A DNA stretch of 64,000 nucleotides, taken from positions 4,168 to 68,167 of the forward strand of contig JACPXM010000020.1 of assembly GCA_016196545.1 (NCBI GenBank), read 5' to 3'. The DNA comes from Candidatus Omnitrophota bacterium. Lineage in GTDB: Bacteria > Omnitrophota > Omnitrophia > Omnitrophales > Aquincolibacteriaceae. Each line of letters begins with the position of its first letter. The stretch's first letter is position 1. The notes under the pieces were generated by a model that was not told the origin of the DNA, did no database searches, and saw nothing but the letters and a program-made list of their open reading frames with translations. This document shows, piece after piece, positions 47,674 through 57,521 of the stretch. The translations under genes and the position numbers were made by a program.

Positions 47674-48519
47674 ATGCAAATCGAGCAAAGGGGGCCGTAT
47701 CTGAGTTTTCAATGGATAGTTCCCCTCACTATTCTTCTTCTAAGTTTTACCCTCTGGGACGCCGCTTTGAAATCCTATCCCGCGATTTGCGGGGGATCTT
47801 TCGGTTGTCTTTATTTAGGTTTCGGTTTTTTGTTGTCTGGCGCGGTCGGATTTTGGATTCGTACTCGCGAATATCAGGAGAAGGTTCTGAAAGATGCTTT
47901 TCAGGAAAAAAGAAAACAACTGTCTGAGAAATTGAGAGACATGAATCATTCTGACCGTGCCACCTCCTTTCTTTATCAATGCTGTCAAGAGCTTCACACC
48001 TCCATTCATTTGGAGGAACTTCTTTCCCGCGTGATGGCACTGATTCATAAAGGGCTTCACGCGGACGAGGGTTCGGTGATGCTGCTTAACGAAAATAATA
48101 TGCTTTCCATCGCAGCCAGTTCCGGAATTCCGGAAGAAATCGCTCGTACGGTAAGGCTCAAACTTGGAGAACGCGTGGCGGGGAGGGCAGCACTGCTGCG
48201 CAAGGAATTTCTGCTGATTGAAGGGCTCGAGCATTACCCTGAATTCCGGGATATTCAAACAAATCCAAGAATCCGCTCTTCTATTGTGTGTCCCATGATT
48301 GCCAACTGCGAGCTTATCGGAGTCCTTACGTTGAATAGGACGCAAAACACAAAAAATTTTACAGTCACGGATTTAATGCATACTTCCGTGATAGCCTCCG
48401 AAATCGCCCAGGCCATCCAAAATACCAGGCTTCATGCAGTTCTTCAGAATAAAAACGAAGAGCTCGAAGCCGCCAGCCGCATGATTTTGGAGCTTAAAGA
48501 AAAAATCGGCGAAGTTTAA
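47674..48519 (+). CDS. Membrane-anchored GAF-domain protein without output domain
   Basis: SD AAGGAG; two TM helices; ADEGSVML, LKLGERVAG, SSIVCPM, IGVLTL, AIQN. Confidence 0.8.
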   Translation: MQIEQRGPYLSFQWIVPLTILLLSFTLWDAALKSYPAICGGSFGCLYLGFGFLLSGAVGFWIRTREYQEKVLKDAFQEKRKQLSEKLRDMNHSDRATSFLYQCCQELHTSIHLEELLSRVMALIHKGLHADEGSVMLLNENNMLSIAASSGIPEEIARTVRLKLGERVAGRAALLRKEFLLIEGLEHYPEFRDIQTNPRIRSSIVCPMIANCELIGVLTLNRTQNTKNFTVTDLMHTSVIASEIAQAIQNTRLHAVLQNKNEELEAASRMILELKEKIGEV

Positions 48520-48525
48520 CCGTTT

Positions 48526-48576
48526 AGAGGGCACCTACCAGTTCATGCAATTGTCATTCTCCCGGCTACCTCCCCC
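48526..48576. repeat. Second (half) copy of the 45.5-kb element, inverted
   Basis: ctaccagttcatgcaattgtcattctcccggc plus gctacctccccc. Confidence 0.8.
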
Positions 48577-48632
48577 TTGACAAATCGGTTAGAATACTCA
48601 GAAAATTGCCGATACCTTGGATACCTTGAATC

Positions 48633-49391
48633 ATGATTGACGTCAAAGATCTCACCATGCATTACGGCGGATTCGTTGCCCTAACAGGGGTTTCTTTCCA
48701 AGCCCGGGAAAAAGAAATTCTCGGACTTTTAGGGCCAAACGGCGCAGGCAAAACCACAGCCATGCGCATTTTAACCACTTACCTTTATCCCACGTCGGGC
48801 ACCGCGAAAGTCGACGGCCACGATATCTTGGAACATCCCGAGGAAGTCAGAAAGCGAATTGGATATCTTCCGGAAACGGCCCCTCTTTATCCGGATATGC
48901 AAGTCGAAGAATACCTTCAATTTGTGGGAAGCGCCCGGGGGCTGTCAAAGTCTGCCTTAATCGCAAGGCTTCGATGGGTTCGAGAGGCCTGCGGCTTGGA
49001 GGCGGTCTGGAAACATACTGTGAATGAACTCTCAAAAGGCTATCGACAAAGAACCGGACTTGCGCAGGCCTTGATCCATGATCCTAAAGTCCTCATTCTT
49101 GATGAACCCACCTCCGGACTTGATCCGCTTCAAATTATCGGAATCCGCGATTTGATCAAACAATTGGCCAAGGAAAAAACCATTATCTTTTCCACCCACA
49201 TCTTGCAGGAAGTGGAGGCCGTGGCCGACCGCGTCGTCATTATTAATGAAGGAAAAATCGTTGCGCAGGGCACACAAAAGGAATTGGCGGAAGAAGTGAG
49301 GACGCGCGGCCATCAGAAATCGGACCTGAATTTAGAAGACATTTTCATTTCGCTTTTAATGCCGAAAAAGAGGGAAAAACAGTCGGTATGA
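48633..49391 (+). CDS. ABC ATPase, GldA-like
   Basis: GPNGAGKTT, LSKGYRQR, ILDEPT, STHIL. Confidence 0.92.
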   Translation: MIDVKDLTMHYGGFVALTGVSFQAREKEILGLLGPNGAGKTTAMRILTTYLYPTSGTAKVDGHDILEHPEEVRKRIGYLPETAPLYPDMQVEEYLQFVGSARGLSKSALIARLRWVREACGLEAVWKHTVNELSKGYRQRTGLAQALIHDPKVLILDEPTSGLDPLQIIGIRDLIKQLAKEKTIIFSTHILQEVEAVADRVVIINEGKIVAQGTQKELAEEVRTRGHQKSDLNLEDIFISLLMPKKREKQSV

Positions 49392-51913
49392 AGAGTTTGT
49401 CGAATATCCTTACCGTCTTCCGGCGTGAACTGAGCGCTTATTTTAACGCGGCCATTGCTTATATTTTCATCATCGTCTTTGTGCTTTTAAACGGCGGTCT
49501 TTTCATGACGCAATTTTTTGTGATTGACCGCGCGGACATGCGCCCCTTTTTCGGCACGCTCCCCTTTATCCTTTCTGTTTTTCTGCCCGCCGTTACGATG
49601 CGTCTTTGGGCGGAGGAAAAAAGAGGGAATACTCTGGAACTCCTTTTGACTTTTCCGATGGCTACCCATGAACTTGTCCTCGGAAAATTTCTGGCAAGTT
49701 TACTGTTCTATTTTACTGCGCTGGCCGGAACGTTCACGATCCCGGTCATGCTTTCCGTGATCAGCCGCCCCGATTTGGGGGTTGTCTTTGGAGGTTATTT
49801 AGGAGCAGCCCTTTTGGGGGCATTTTATCTTGCTATCGGAATTTTTATTTCGGGGCTTTGCCGCGATCAAATCGTTTCCTTCATTCTTTCCATGATGATT
49901 TGTTTCGGTCTCTTTTTGGTGGGAACGGAATTTTTGTCTTCTTCCATTGACGGCTGGATTCCCGGGCTCGGCTCCTTTTTCAGCCAATTTCTCGGCACCT
50001 CTTCTCATTTCGATTCCTTTGCCAAAGGCGTCATCGATGGCGGGGATCTCCTTTATTTTGTGATTGGGTCTTTGATCTTTCTTGTTTTAAACGGTTTTTG
50101 GTTGGAGGGCCGCATGAGGCCGCGTGCAAAGAGTATCTTTGCTACGGCCACGCTCATTTGCGCCGGGATTTTTCTTACTACCAACTGGCTTTTTGCCGGG
50201 GTTTCCATCGGTCGCTTTGATTTGACGGAAGGGAAAATCTATACGATTGCCCCCGCGACAAAAAAAATCCTTCGCGAGCTCAAGGCTCCTGTGACGGCCA
50301 AATTTTATGTTTCTCCAGTCGATAAAATGCCGACGGGAATGAAGACGATCGAACAGGATGTCCTGGACAAACTGGATGAGTTTAAAGTAGCCTCGGGCGG
50401 AAATTTTAACTACAAAATTTTTCGAATGGAAGCAGCGAACGTCGTGGAGGGAACGGGAAAGGCCGGCGAAGAATCCCTGGAAGAGCAGCTGCAAAAAAAA
50501 GGGATTCAACCCTTTCAGGTGCGGGCCATTGTTTCCGATGAAGTGGCGGTTCGTTTGATTTATTCCTCGATTAGCGTTGCCTACAAAGAAAAACCCGAGG
50601 AAATCATTGCGCGCGTTTATCCGGACAATTTGGATGAGCTGGAATACATGTTGGCTTCAAAGATTTACCGAATGACCTTATCCAGCATTCCAAAAATCGC
50701 GCTCGTGGCACCTTATGAAGAAAAAAGCGTGGAGCCGGAGGTGCAGGCCCTTCTCGCACAGCTCGGCGGCCAGGCCCCGGAGGCTTATCGCGAAGATAAC
50801 TATGAACTTCTTCCCCTGGCACTGGAATATGAAGGCTATGAAGTTTCGCGCATTCAACTCAATGAAAAAGAGTCCCTTCCCGAGGACGTCAAGACCGTTG
50901 TGATCGTAGAGCCTCGGGAACTCAATGAGCGCCAAAAATATGAGATCAGCCGATTCTTGAGCCGCGGCGGATCGGTCTTTCTCGCGGTTCAGAACTACGA
51001 ATATCAATACGCGCCCAGCGGCCGGGATCTTTCCATTTTCCCGAAAGAAAAAAAACCAGAGGTTAATCCCTTGCTTGAAAATTGGGGCCTGGAAGTGGAC
51101 GAACAAATTCTTGTGGACGAACAAAGCGATGTCATTAATTTAAGCGGGGCGGCCCGCCTGGGGCCCTTCGAGGTCTCGGTACCGGTCAAAGTCCCGATCC
51201 AGATTCTTATCACACAGGAACAAATGAATTCCCAAATTTCCGTGACTTCGAATCTCGCCTCTTTGTTTTATCTCTGGGGAACGGCGATCAAACCCAATGA
51301 AGAAAAAATAAAAGATCAGAAACTTAAAGTGGATACACTTTTTAGCTCAAGCCGCCAGTCCTGGACAGTGCCGTTTCAGTCCGGCTCCCTTCAACCCGCG
51401 CATTTAGAATATAAAGCCGAGAGCAGCCGAAAAGGGCCTTTCCCGCTTGCGGTCTATGTCCAGGGGATTTTTGCCGACGCTTACAAGGACAAGGCCGTTC
51501 CCGAATGGCCGAAAACAGAGCCTGCTGCCAGTGCTGAAGAAACCAAAGAAGAGGCCAAAAAAGAAGAGCTAAAATCGGAAGCGGTTCTGTCGCCTGCGCC
51601 GGGAAAGCTGATCGTGGTAGGTGCGGCCACGCTTTTTCAAAAACATCTCGTAAAGGGGGGAGGCAATCTTCAGTTATTTATGAATTCCGTGGATATCTTG
51701 AGCCTTGGAGAGGAGCTTGTCACGATTCGCTCCAAGCGCCCCATTGACCGCTCCGTCGGACGCGTTCCCTCCGCGGCCAAGATGGGTTGGAGATTTTTTG
51801 TCACGGTCTTAATTCCTGTGATCCTTGCGGTGCTGGGGGCCCTTCGCTTATTTCTGAGGCGCCAGACCAAAAGTCTTTATTTAAAATCCCTTCAAATCAG
51901 CTCTGTCTCATGA
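49388..51913 (+). CDS. Fused GldF (ABC-2 permease)-GldG (ABC_transp_aux) protein
   Basis: RRELSAYF, TMRLWAEEKRGNTLELL, RFDLTEGKIYT, C-terminal TM helix. Confidence 0.88.
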   Translation: MKSLSNILTVFRRELSAYFNAAIAYIFIIVFVLLNGGLFMTQFFVIDRADMRPFFGTLPFILSVFLPAVTMRLWAEEKRGNTLELLLTFPMATHELVLGKFLASLLFYFTALAGTFTIPVMLSVISRPDLGVVFGGYLGAALLGAFYLAIGIFISGLCRDQIVSFILSMMICFGLFLVGTEFLSSSIDGWIPGLGSFFSQFLGTSSHFDSFAKGVIDGGDLLYFVIGSLIFLVLNGFWLEGRMRPRAKSIFATATLICAGIFLTTNWLFAGVSIGRFDLTEGKIYTIAPATKKILRELKAPVTAKFYVSPVDKMPTGMKTIEQDVLDKLDEFKVASGGNFNYKIFRMEAANVVEGTGKAGEESLEEQLQKKGIQPFQVRAIVSDEVAVRLIYSSISVAYKEKPEEIIARVYPDNLDELEYMLASKIYRMTLSSIPKIALVAPYEEKSVEPEVQALLAQLGGQAPEAYREDNYELLPLALEYEGYEVSRIQLNEKESLPEDVKTVVIVEPRELNERQKYEISRFLSRGGSVFLAVQNYEYQYAPSGRDLSIFPKEKKPEVNPLLENWGLEVDEQILVDEQSDVINLSGAARLGPFEVSVPVKVPIQILITQEQMNSQISVTSNLASLFYLWGTAIKPNEEKIKDQKLKVDTLFSSSRQSWTVPFQSGSLQPAHLEYKAESSRKGPFPLAVYVQGIFADAYKDKAVPEWPKTEPAASAEETKEEAKKEELKSEAVLSPAPGKLIVVGAATLFQKHLVKGGGNLQLFMNSVDILSLGEELVTIRSKRPIDRSVGRVPSAAKMGWRFFVTVLIPVILAVLGALRLFLRRQTKSLYLKSLQISSVS

Positions 51914-53301
51914 AGCCGAAACAAATTATTTTTCTCGCCATTCTTTTCGGTGTTTTGGTGATTGCCGTGACCGTGAAAAATTTCCAGAAGCCCGCCGAGC
52001 TTGCAACCCAGGAATTTACCCCGTTGGACCTGTCGTTGAACGTGGATGAAATTGAAAAAATTGAAATTACAAAGCCTAAGAGCGGGGATGTGGAAAAGGA
52101 AGAATATGTGGAACTTCATAAAATGAAGGGCGAGTGGCGGGTTAAAAGCCTTTACGATGCCCGTGCAGAGGAGGACAAGGTGAAGGCCCTTTTGGAGGAG
52201 ATAAAAAATGCCAAAGGAGAGCTTCGGGCCCGCGACAAGGAATTGCATGCAGATTTCAAGATTAAGGAAGAAGAGGCCCTTGGGATCAAACTTTCCACAA
52301 GTTCGGGTGCGACGGCCCTTCATTTATTGGTGGGCATGCGCAAATCCGGTCAGATGATTTTTATCCGAAAAAGCGGGGAAGACACAGTCTATCTTACAGA
52401 AGCGGACCTTATGGGACAGGTGGGCCTTTTTGGGGATACGGATAGAGAAGGCCTCTCCAGTGACTTCTGGGCTTCCATGGTGCTTGCCGAGCCCGATCCT
52501 GAAAAAGTAGATAAATTTGAAATTCACCGGCTTGAAGGCGGGGACTTCATTTCAGCGAGCCTTGAAAAGGCGCCGGACCCTGCGGACGCCTCACGAAAGA
52601 TCTGGCAATTTTCACGTCCCCTTCAAAATCCGTTCAAGGCGGACCCGGAAAAGGTGAAGCTTTATCTTGAGAATATCAAAACATGGCGTGCCCAAAAGGT
52701 GCTGGACCCTCAGGCGAAGGATTACGGATTCTCAAAACCCCAATGGAAATTGATCATAACTCAAGAAGGCGGCCAAACCCTTGAGATTACGGCCCCAGCT
52801 CCGGATGAAACAACAAAGTCTTATCCGATGAAGGTCACCGATAAACCCGTGATTTTTCAATTGATTCATTATTATTTTGAAAATTTGGACGCCGATGACA
52901 GCCGTTTTTATACCGATGAAAATCTTTTGGGAATTGAAAATGAAAAGATCGTAAAACTCGTGATTTATGCCGGCAAAAAGGAAATGAAATTTAATCCGAA
53001 AGAAAGAACTTGGGACGCTTTAACGAATTATATGAATTCTCTGAAAAGCGATTTTCATATCAAACGTCTCCTCTTTCATCCTTCCGATCAGAAGAAAGTG
53101 CGGGCCAACGCAAGTACGTGGATAGAAATTCAAAAAGAAGGGGAAGCTTCTAAGTTTATCGATCTGGGTGATAAGATTTCTCCGGATTCACCGGAATACG
53201 CCGCCCAACTCCGGGGCACCGGTATACCGTTTGCGATCGAGGAATCGCTTTTTAAGAAATTGGTTGAAAATCTCGACCCGCTCGCCGAACCGAAGCCGTA
53301 A
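51910..53301 (+). CDS. DUF4340-like periplasmic protein of Gld-type ABC operon
   Basis: N-terminal TM anchor; repeated W...A..KV..L segments and DYGF..P; operon position. Confidence 0.72.
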   Translation: MKPKQIIFLAILFGVLVIAVTVKNFQKPAELATQEFTPLDLSLNVDEIEKIEITKPKSGDVEKEEYVELHKMKGEWRVKSLYDARAEEDKVKALLEEIKNAKGELRARDKELHADFKIKEEEALGIKLSTSSGATALHLLVGMRKSGQMIFIRKSGEDTVYLTEADLMGQVGLFGDTDREGLSSDFWASMVLAEPDPEKVDKFEIHRLEGGDFISASLEKAPDPADASRKIWQFSRPLQNPFKADPEKVKLYLENIKTWRAQKVLDPQAKDYGFSKPQWKLIITQEGGQTLEITAPAPDETTKSYPMKVTDKPVIFQLIHYYFENLDADDSRFYTDENLLGIENEKIVKLVIYAGKKEMKFNPKERTWDALTNYMNSLKSDFHIKRLLFHPSDQKKVRANASTWIEIQKEGEASKFIDLGDKISPDSPEYAAQLRGTGIPFAIEESLFKKLVENLDPLAEPKP

Positions 53302-54086
53302 TGCTTCGTTTCTTCATCAATTTTCTCATGACCTCCCTTATTTTTTTTCCTGAAAAAACACATTTCGAAACGCCCAAAGATTATGGACTTCTCTTTGAAG
53401 ATGTTTTCTTTAAAACGGCCGATGGGATTAAACTTCACGGCTGGTTTCTAGAAGCAAAACCAGACCCCGCCGGGGTTTTGCTTTTCTTCCACGGCAATGC
53501 CGGGAATATCTCGGGTCGTCTTTTCAAAGCAAAAGGATGGATTAAACGCGGTTATTCAGTCTTCTTGGCGGATTATCGCGGATACGGCAAAAGCGAAGGA
53601 AAAATCGATCACGAAGAGGACGTGACAAAGGACGCCCAAGCGGCTTGGAAATGGCTTCGGGAAGAAAATAAATTTACGGAAGAAAAAATAATTATTTTTG
53701 GCGAGTCTTTAGGCAGCCATCCCGCGATTCGCCTGGGAGGGCTTTACCGGCCCAAGGCGGTCCTTTTAGAAGCCCCTTTCACTTCCTTTATCGATCTTGC
53801 CAAACTTCATTATGGAGCCATTCCCGGCATTGATTTCCTAATGAGGGATTTTCAATTTCAAAATATAAATTTTATCTCCCAAATCAACGCTCCGCTTTTT
53901 ATTCTCCACGGGACATCGGATGAAACTTGTCCCTTTGAAATGAGTGAAAAGCTTATGGCCAAGGCCCCGGAACCCAAGGAACTTTTTTCAATTTCAAATG
54001 GATTTCACAATGATTTGCCCCAAAAATCCGGGGAGGCCTATTGGGATAAACCCGTCGAATTTCTTCAGAAAACCGGAAGTTTCTAG
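53301..54086 (+). CDS. Alpha/beta hydrolase (BEM46/ABHD17-like)
   Basis: FHGNAGN, DYRGYG, GESLG, HGTSDE, HND. Confidence 0.9.
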   Translation: MLRFFINFLMTSLIFFPEKTHFETPKDYGLLFEDVFFKTADGIKLHGWFLEAKPDPAGVLLFFHGNAGNISGRLFKAKGWIKRGYSVFLADYRGYGKSEGKIDHEEDVTKDAQAAWKWLREENKFTEEKIIIFGESLGSHPAIRLGGLYRPKAVLLEAPFTSFIDLAKLHYGAIPGIDFLMRDFQFQNINFISQINAPLFILHGTSDETCPFEMSEKLMAKAPEPKELFSISNGFHNDLPQKSGEAYWDKPVEFLQKTGSF

Positions 54087-54137
54087 CGGCCAAGATTCGC
54101 TTCGTCATTGCGCGTCATTGCCGGTACAATACCTCTT

Positions 54138-55403
54138 ATGAATTCACAAAAAAAATCATTCCTGATCATTGGCGGTGGGATTGTGGGGCTTGCCACAGCG
54201 CGCGAAATTTTGCTTCGTAACCCTGAAGCGAAAGTTACGGTTCTAGAAAAGGAATCACAAATTGCCCTGCATCAAAGTGGCCACAATAGCGGTGTTATTC
54301 ATTCCGGAATTTATTACAAGCCCGGCACCGAAAAGGCCAAGACTTGTCGCGAGGGGATTCGTCTCCTTCATGAATTCTGTGAGGAAAAAGGAATTGTGCG
54401 CCGGCGTGTGGGGAAATTAATTATCGCAATCTCGGAAGAAGAAAGACAGCGGCTTGGTCCGCTGAAGGAGCAAGGCCTTGCAAACGGGATTAAAGATATT
54501 AAGCAAGTCCGTCAAGACGAAATCAAAGGTTATGAACCTTCCGTTTCAGGAATTGAAGGAATCTATCTTCCGGAAGTCGCGCTTGTAGATTTTAAGGAGG
54601 TCAGTGAGGCGCTCAAGGCGGATATTGAAGCGCATGGCGGGGAAGTGGTCGTGCATCGTAAGGTGACGAAAATTGTGAGATTGCGAGATCGGACCCCTTT
54701 ACCTTTATCCTCTCCCCCTTTAAGGGGGGGAGGGCAGGGTGAGGGAGAAATTATTGTTCTTGCCGACAATTGCGAATACAAAGCCTCTTTCCTCATTAAT
54801 TGCGCGGGTCTTTACAGCGATAAAATTGCAAGGCTTTCCGGGCTTTACCCAAGAGTCCGAATCGTTCCCTTTCGCGGCGAATATTTCTGGCTCAATCCGG
54901 AAAAAGCAAAACTTATCCGAGGGCTTGTCTACGGGGTTCCCGATCCACGGCTTCCATTTTTAGGCATGCATTTAACTCCGACCTTGGAGGGACGCGTCAA
55001 AGTGGGACCCAATGCCGTCCTTGCCCTCGCGCGCGAAGGCTATTTTTCAAATCAAATCAACGCCCAAGAGACATTTGAACTTGTGGCTTCACCCGTCTTT
55101 TGGCGAATGGCATTACGTTATTGGAAAACAGGAATTTCTGAAGTGATTCATTCCCGGATGATGAATTTTTATCTGGCCACGCTTCGGAAATTTCTCCCCA
55201 CGGCGGAAATTTCAGATTTAACGCCGGGTCCTACGGGCGTGCGTGCGCAGGCCGTCGATGAAAAGGGCCAGCTCGTAAGTGATTTTTATTTTATGGAAGA
55301 GTCCGACGCCTGCCATGTCTTGAATGCCCCGTCTCCGGCTGCCACTGCTGCCCTCGCCATTGCCAAGCGCGTCGTGGATCAAATCAAGATGCAGGATTTT
55401 TAA
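54138..55403 (+). CDS. lhgO: L-2-hydroxyglutarate oxidase with in-frame palindromic insert
   Basis: GGGIVGLA, HQSGHNSGVIHSG, PFRGEY, GVRAQA, NAPSPAAT. Confidence 0.92.
   Translation: MNSQKKSFLIIGGGIVGLATAREILLRNPEAKVTVLEKESQIALHQSGHNSGVIHSGIYYKPGTEKAKTCREGIRLLHEFCEEKGIVRRRVGKLIIAISEEERQRLGPLKEQGLANGIKDIKQVRQDEIKGYEPSVSGIEGIYLPEVALVDFKEVSEALKADIEAHGGEVVVHRKVTKIVRLRDRTPLPLSSPPLRGGGQGEGEIIVLADNCEYKASFLINCAGLYSDKIARLSGLYPRVRIVPFRGEYFWLNPEKAKLIRGLVYGVPDPRLPFLGMHLTPTLEGRVKVGPNAVLALAREGYFSNQINAQETFELVASPVFWRMALRYWKTGISEVIHSRMMNFYLATLRKFLPTAEISDLTPGPTGVRAQAVDEKGQLVSDFYFMEESDACHVLNAPSPAATAALAIAKRVVDQIKMQDF
54694..54746. repeat. In-frame palindromic element (CCCTCACCC..CCCTCYCCC/GGGAGAGG family) in lhgO
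   Basis: cccctttacctttatcctctccccct-tta-agggggggagggcagggtgaggga; encodes PLPLSSPPLRGGGQGEG. Confidence 0.85.
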
Positions 55404-55546
55404 ATTTCTTCTCTCCATGACTTTTCTTTTCTCTTCTCACGATGACGCTTATAGGATTTGTCGGAATCTTTGACGCGGGATTTGGGATTGATGCGCCAGA
55501 CGTGACGAGGTTTTGGAAGGGTCCGCTTCTTTTTTCGCTTTTTCAT
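55400..55546 (-). CDS. 48-aa highly basic small protein
   Basis: ATG overlaps suhB stop (ATGA); [34 protein letters not shown]... Confidence 0.65.
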   Translation of the reverse strand: MKKRKKKRTLPKPRHVWRINPKSRVKDSDKSYKRHREKRKEKSWREEI

Positions 55547-56334
55547 TTCCCGAGATTTTGATAAGGCTTCAGGACAGCGAGCATTTCCTCGTGAATGAAT
55601 CCGTTCGAGGCCACATTTTGTACGTCTTCTAAAGTCAGGGGATTTCCGGAAAAATTGCTCAGACATCCTCCGGCTTCAGCAACAATCAACATTGCCGCAG
55701 CCTTGTCCCAAGGATTCAATTTAACCTCGTAATAACCGTCAAAGCGCCCGCAGGCTACGTAGCAAAGGTCAAGGGCGGCCGCGCCAAGACGCCTCATCCC
55801 TTGAGTTTTCACAACGAAATCTTTAAACGGGGGGATATAGTCATTGATTTTTTCGCGGCGGTCATAGGGAAATCCGGTCACCACCAGAGATTCGTTAAGT
55901 GTGGAAATTCGCGAGACCGTAATCGGTTCTCCATTGAGGGTCGCGCCATTGCCGCGCTCGGCGAAAAAAAGTTCATTGCGGAAGGGATCTAAAATTCCGC
56001 CCATTTCCACCACCCCGTTTTCTTCATAAGCAATGGAAACACAGGCGATAGGAAAAGTGTGGGCAAAATTGGTAGTTCCGTCCAAAGGGTCAATAATCCA
56101 TCGCGATCGGGATTGTCCCATCGGGGGAGACTCCTCCGTCAAAAAGGCGTGATCCGGAAAAATGATTCGAATTGTATCAAGAATAATTTGCTCCGCTTTT
56201 TTGTCCGAAGCCGTAACAAGGCTGAGCTCCGATTTCTTTTGAACAACGTGGCGTTCACGCAGGGTGCATTTTAAATGCTTTCCTGAATCTGTGAGGGCCT
56301 TTAAGAGGGTCCTTTTAATTTTCTTCTTATTCAT
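55543..56334 (-). CDS. suhB: Inositol monophosphatase family protein SuhB
   Basis: [36 protein letters not shown]. Confidence 0.93.
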   Translation of the reverse strand: MNKKKIKRTLLKALTDSGKHLKCTLRERHVVQKKSELSLVTASDKKAEQIILDTIRIIFPDHAFLTEESPPMGQSRSRWIIDPLDGTTNFAHTFPIACVSIAYEENGVVEMGGILDPFRNELFFAERGNGATLNGEPITVSRISTLNESLVVTGFPYDRREKINDYIPPFKDFVVKTQGMRRLGAAALDLCYVACGRFDGYYEVKLNPWDKAAAMLIVAEAGGCLSNFSGNPLTLEDVQNVASNGFIHEEMLAVLKPYQNLGK

Positions 56335-56423
56335 ATAGAATAATCACTTTATTTAACAGAAATTCGCAAAAAGTCAAAAGAATTAAGAGCACTTTTGCCT
56401 TGTGCCCTTCTAAGGAGTTAGCT

Positions 56424-57521
56424 ATGAAATCCTATCGTGTAACCTTAATTCCCGGAGACGGTGTGGGTCCAGAAATCGCAGATACGGCCAGGGCCTGTAT
56501 CGATGCCACGGGCGTTGCCATCGACTGGGACATTCAGCATGCCGGCCTTGAGGTCATGGAAAAGGAAGGGACGCCGCTTCCGGAGCGCGTGATCGAATCT
56601 ATTCGTAAAAACAAGGTGGCGCTCAAATCCCCGATTACCACGCCGGTCGGCACCGGATTTCGTTCCGTGAATGTCGCACTTCGCAAGGAACTCGATTTAT
56701 ATGCCTGCCTCCGGCCCTGTAAATCTTATGAAGGCGTCCGGTCACGATATAAGAATATTGATCTTGTCATTGTGCGCGAAAATACCGAAGACCTTTATGC
56801 CGGCATCGAATTTCAAAAGGGTACCAAGGAGGTTCAGGAGATCATTGCCGCGATTGAAAAATATTCCGGAAAAAAAATACGTCCCGATTCAGGCGTCAGC
56901 ATTAAACCCATTTCCGTTTCGGGTACGGAACGCGTGGTAAAATTCGCGTTTGATTACGCACGCCAGTATAAACGTAAAAAAGTCACAGCAGTTCACAAGG
57001 CCAATATTATGAAATTCTCCGACGGCCTTTTTCTTGAAGTCGCGCGCGAAATCGCCAAAAAATACACGGACATTCAATTTGAAGACCGCATCGTTGACAA
57101 CATGTGCATGCAGCTTGTACAGGTGCCGGAACAATACGATGTCCTCGTTCTCCCGAATCTTTACGGTGATATTTTGTCGGATCTTTGCGCGGGTTTAATC
57201 GGAGGACTGGGCGTGGCTCCCGGCGCAAATATTGGAACCGACGGAGCCCTTTTTGAAGCAACGCATGGCTCCGCGCCTAAGTATAAAGGCCTTAATAAGG
57301 TCAATCCCACGGCCGTGATTCTTTCCGGCGTGCTGATGCTTCGCTATCTGGGTGAGACCCAGGCGGCGGACAGGCTGGAAAGGGCAATCGCCGAGGTGAT
57401 TCGAGAGGGTAAAAACGTGACTTATGATATGAAGGCCGATCGCAAGGATCCTACCGCCGTGGGCACGCGCGAAATGGGGCAGGCGATTATCGATAAAATG
57501 AAGAGAACTGTTAATGTCTAA
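56424..57521 (+). CDS. icd: Isocitrate dehydrogenase (IDH/IPMDH family), probably NADP-specific
   Basis: [43 protein letters not shown] (KY as in NADP-specific enzymes); TCA context; SD AAGGAG. Confidence 0.85.
   Translation: MKSYRVTLIPGDGVGPEIADTARACIDATGVAIDWDIQHAGLEVMEKEGTPLPERVIESIRKNKVALKSPITTPVGTGFRSVNVALRKELDLYACLRPCKSYEGVRSRYKNIDLVIVRENTEDLYAGIEFQKGTKEVQEIIAAIEKYSGKKIRPDSGVSIKPISVSGTERVVKFAFDYARQYKRKKVTAVHKANIMKFSDGLFLEVAREIAKKYTDIQFEDRIVDNMCMQLVQVPEQYDVLVLPNLYGDILSDLCAGLIGGLGVAPGANIGTDGALFEATHGSAPKYKGLNKVNPTAVILSGVLMLRYLGETQAADRLERAIAEVIREGKNVTYDMKADRKDPTAVGTREMGQAIIDKMKRTVNV

Noticed and set aside
54087-54121. cgtcattgcg-cgtcattgc short direct repeat / GTCATTGCG repeat remnant upstream of lhgO
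   Set aside because: Only 9 bp and overlapping the putative promoter; insufficient evidence
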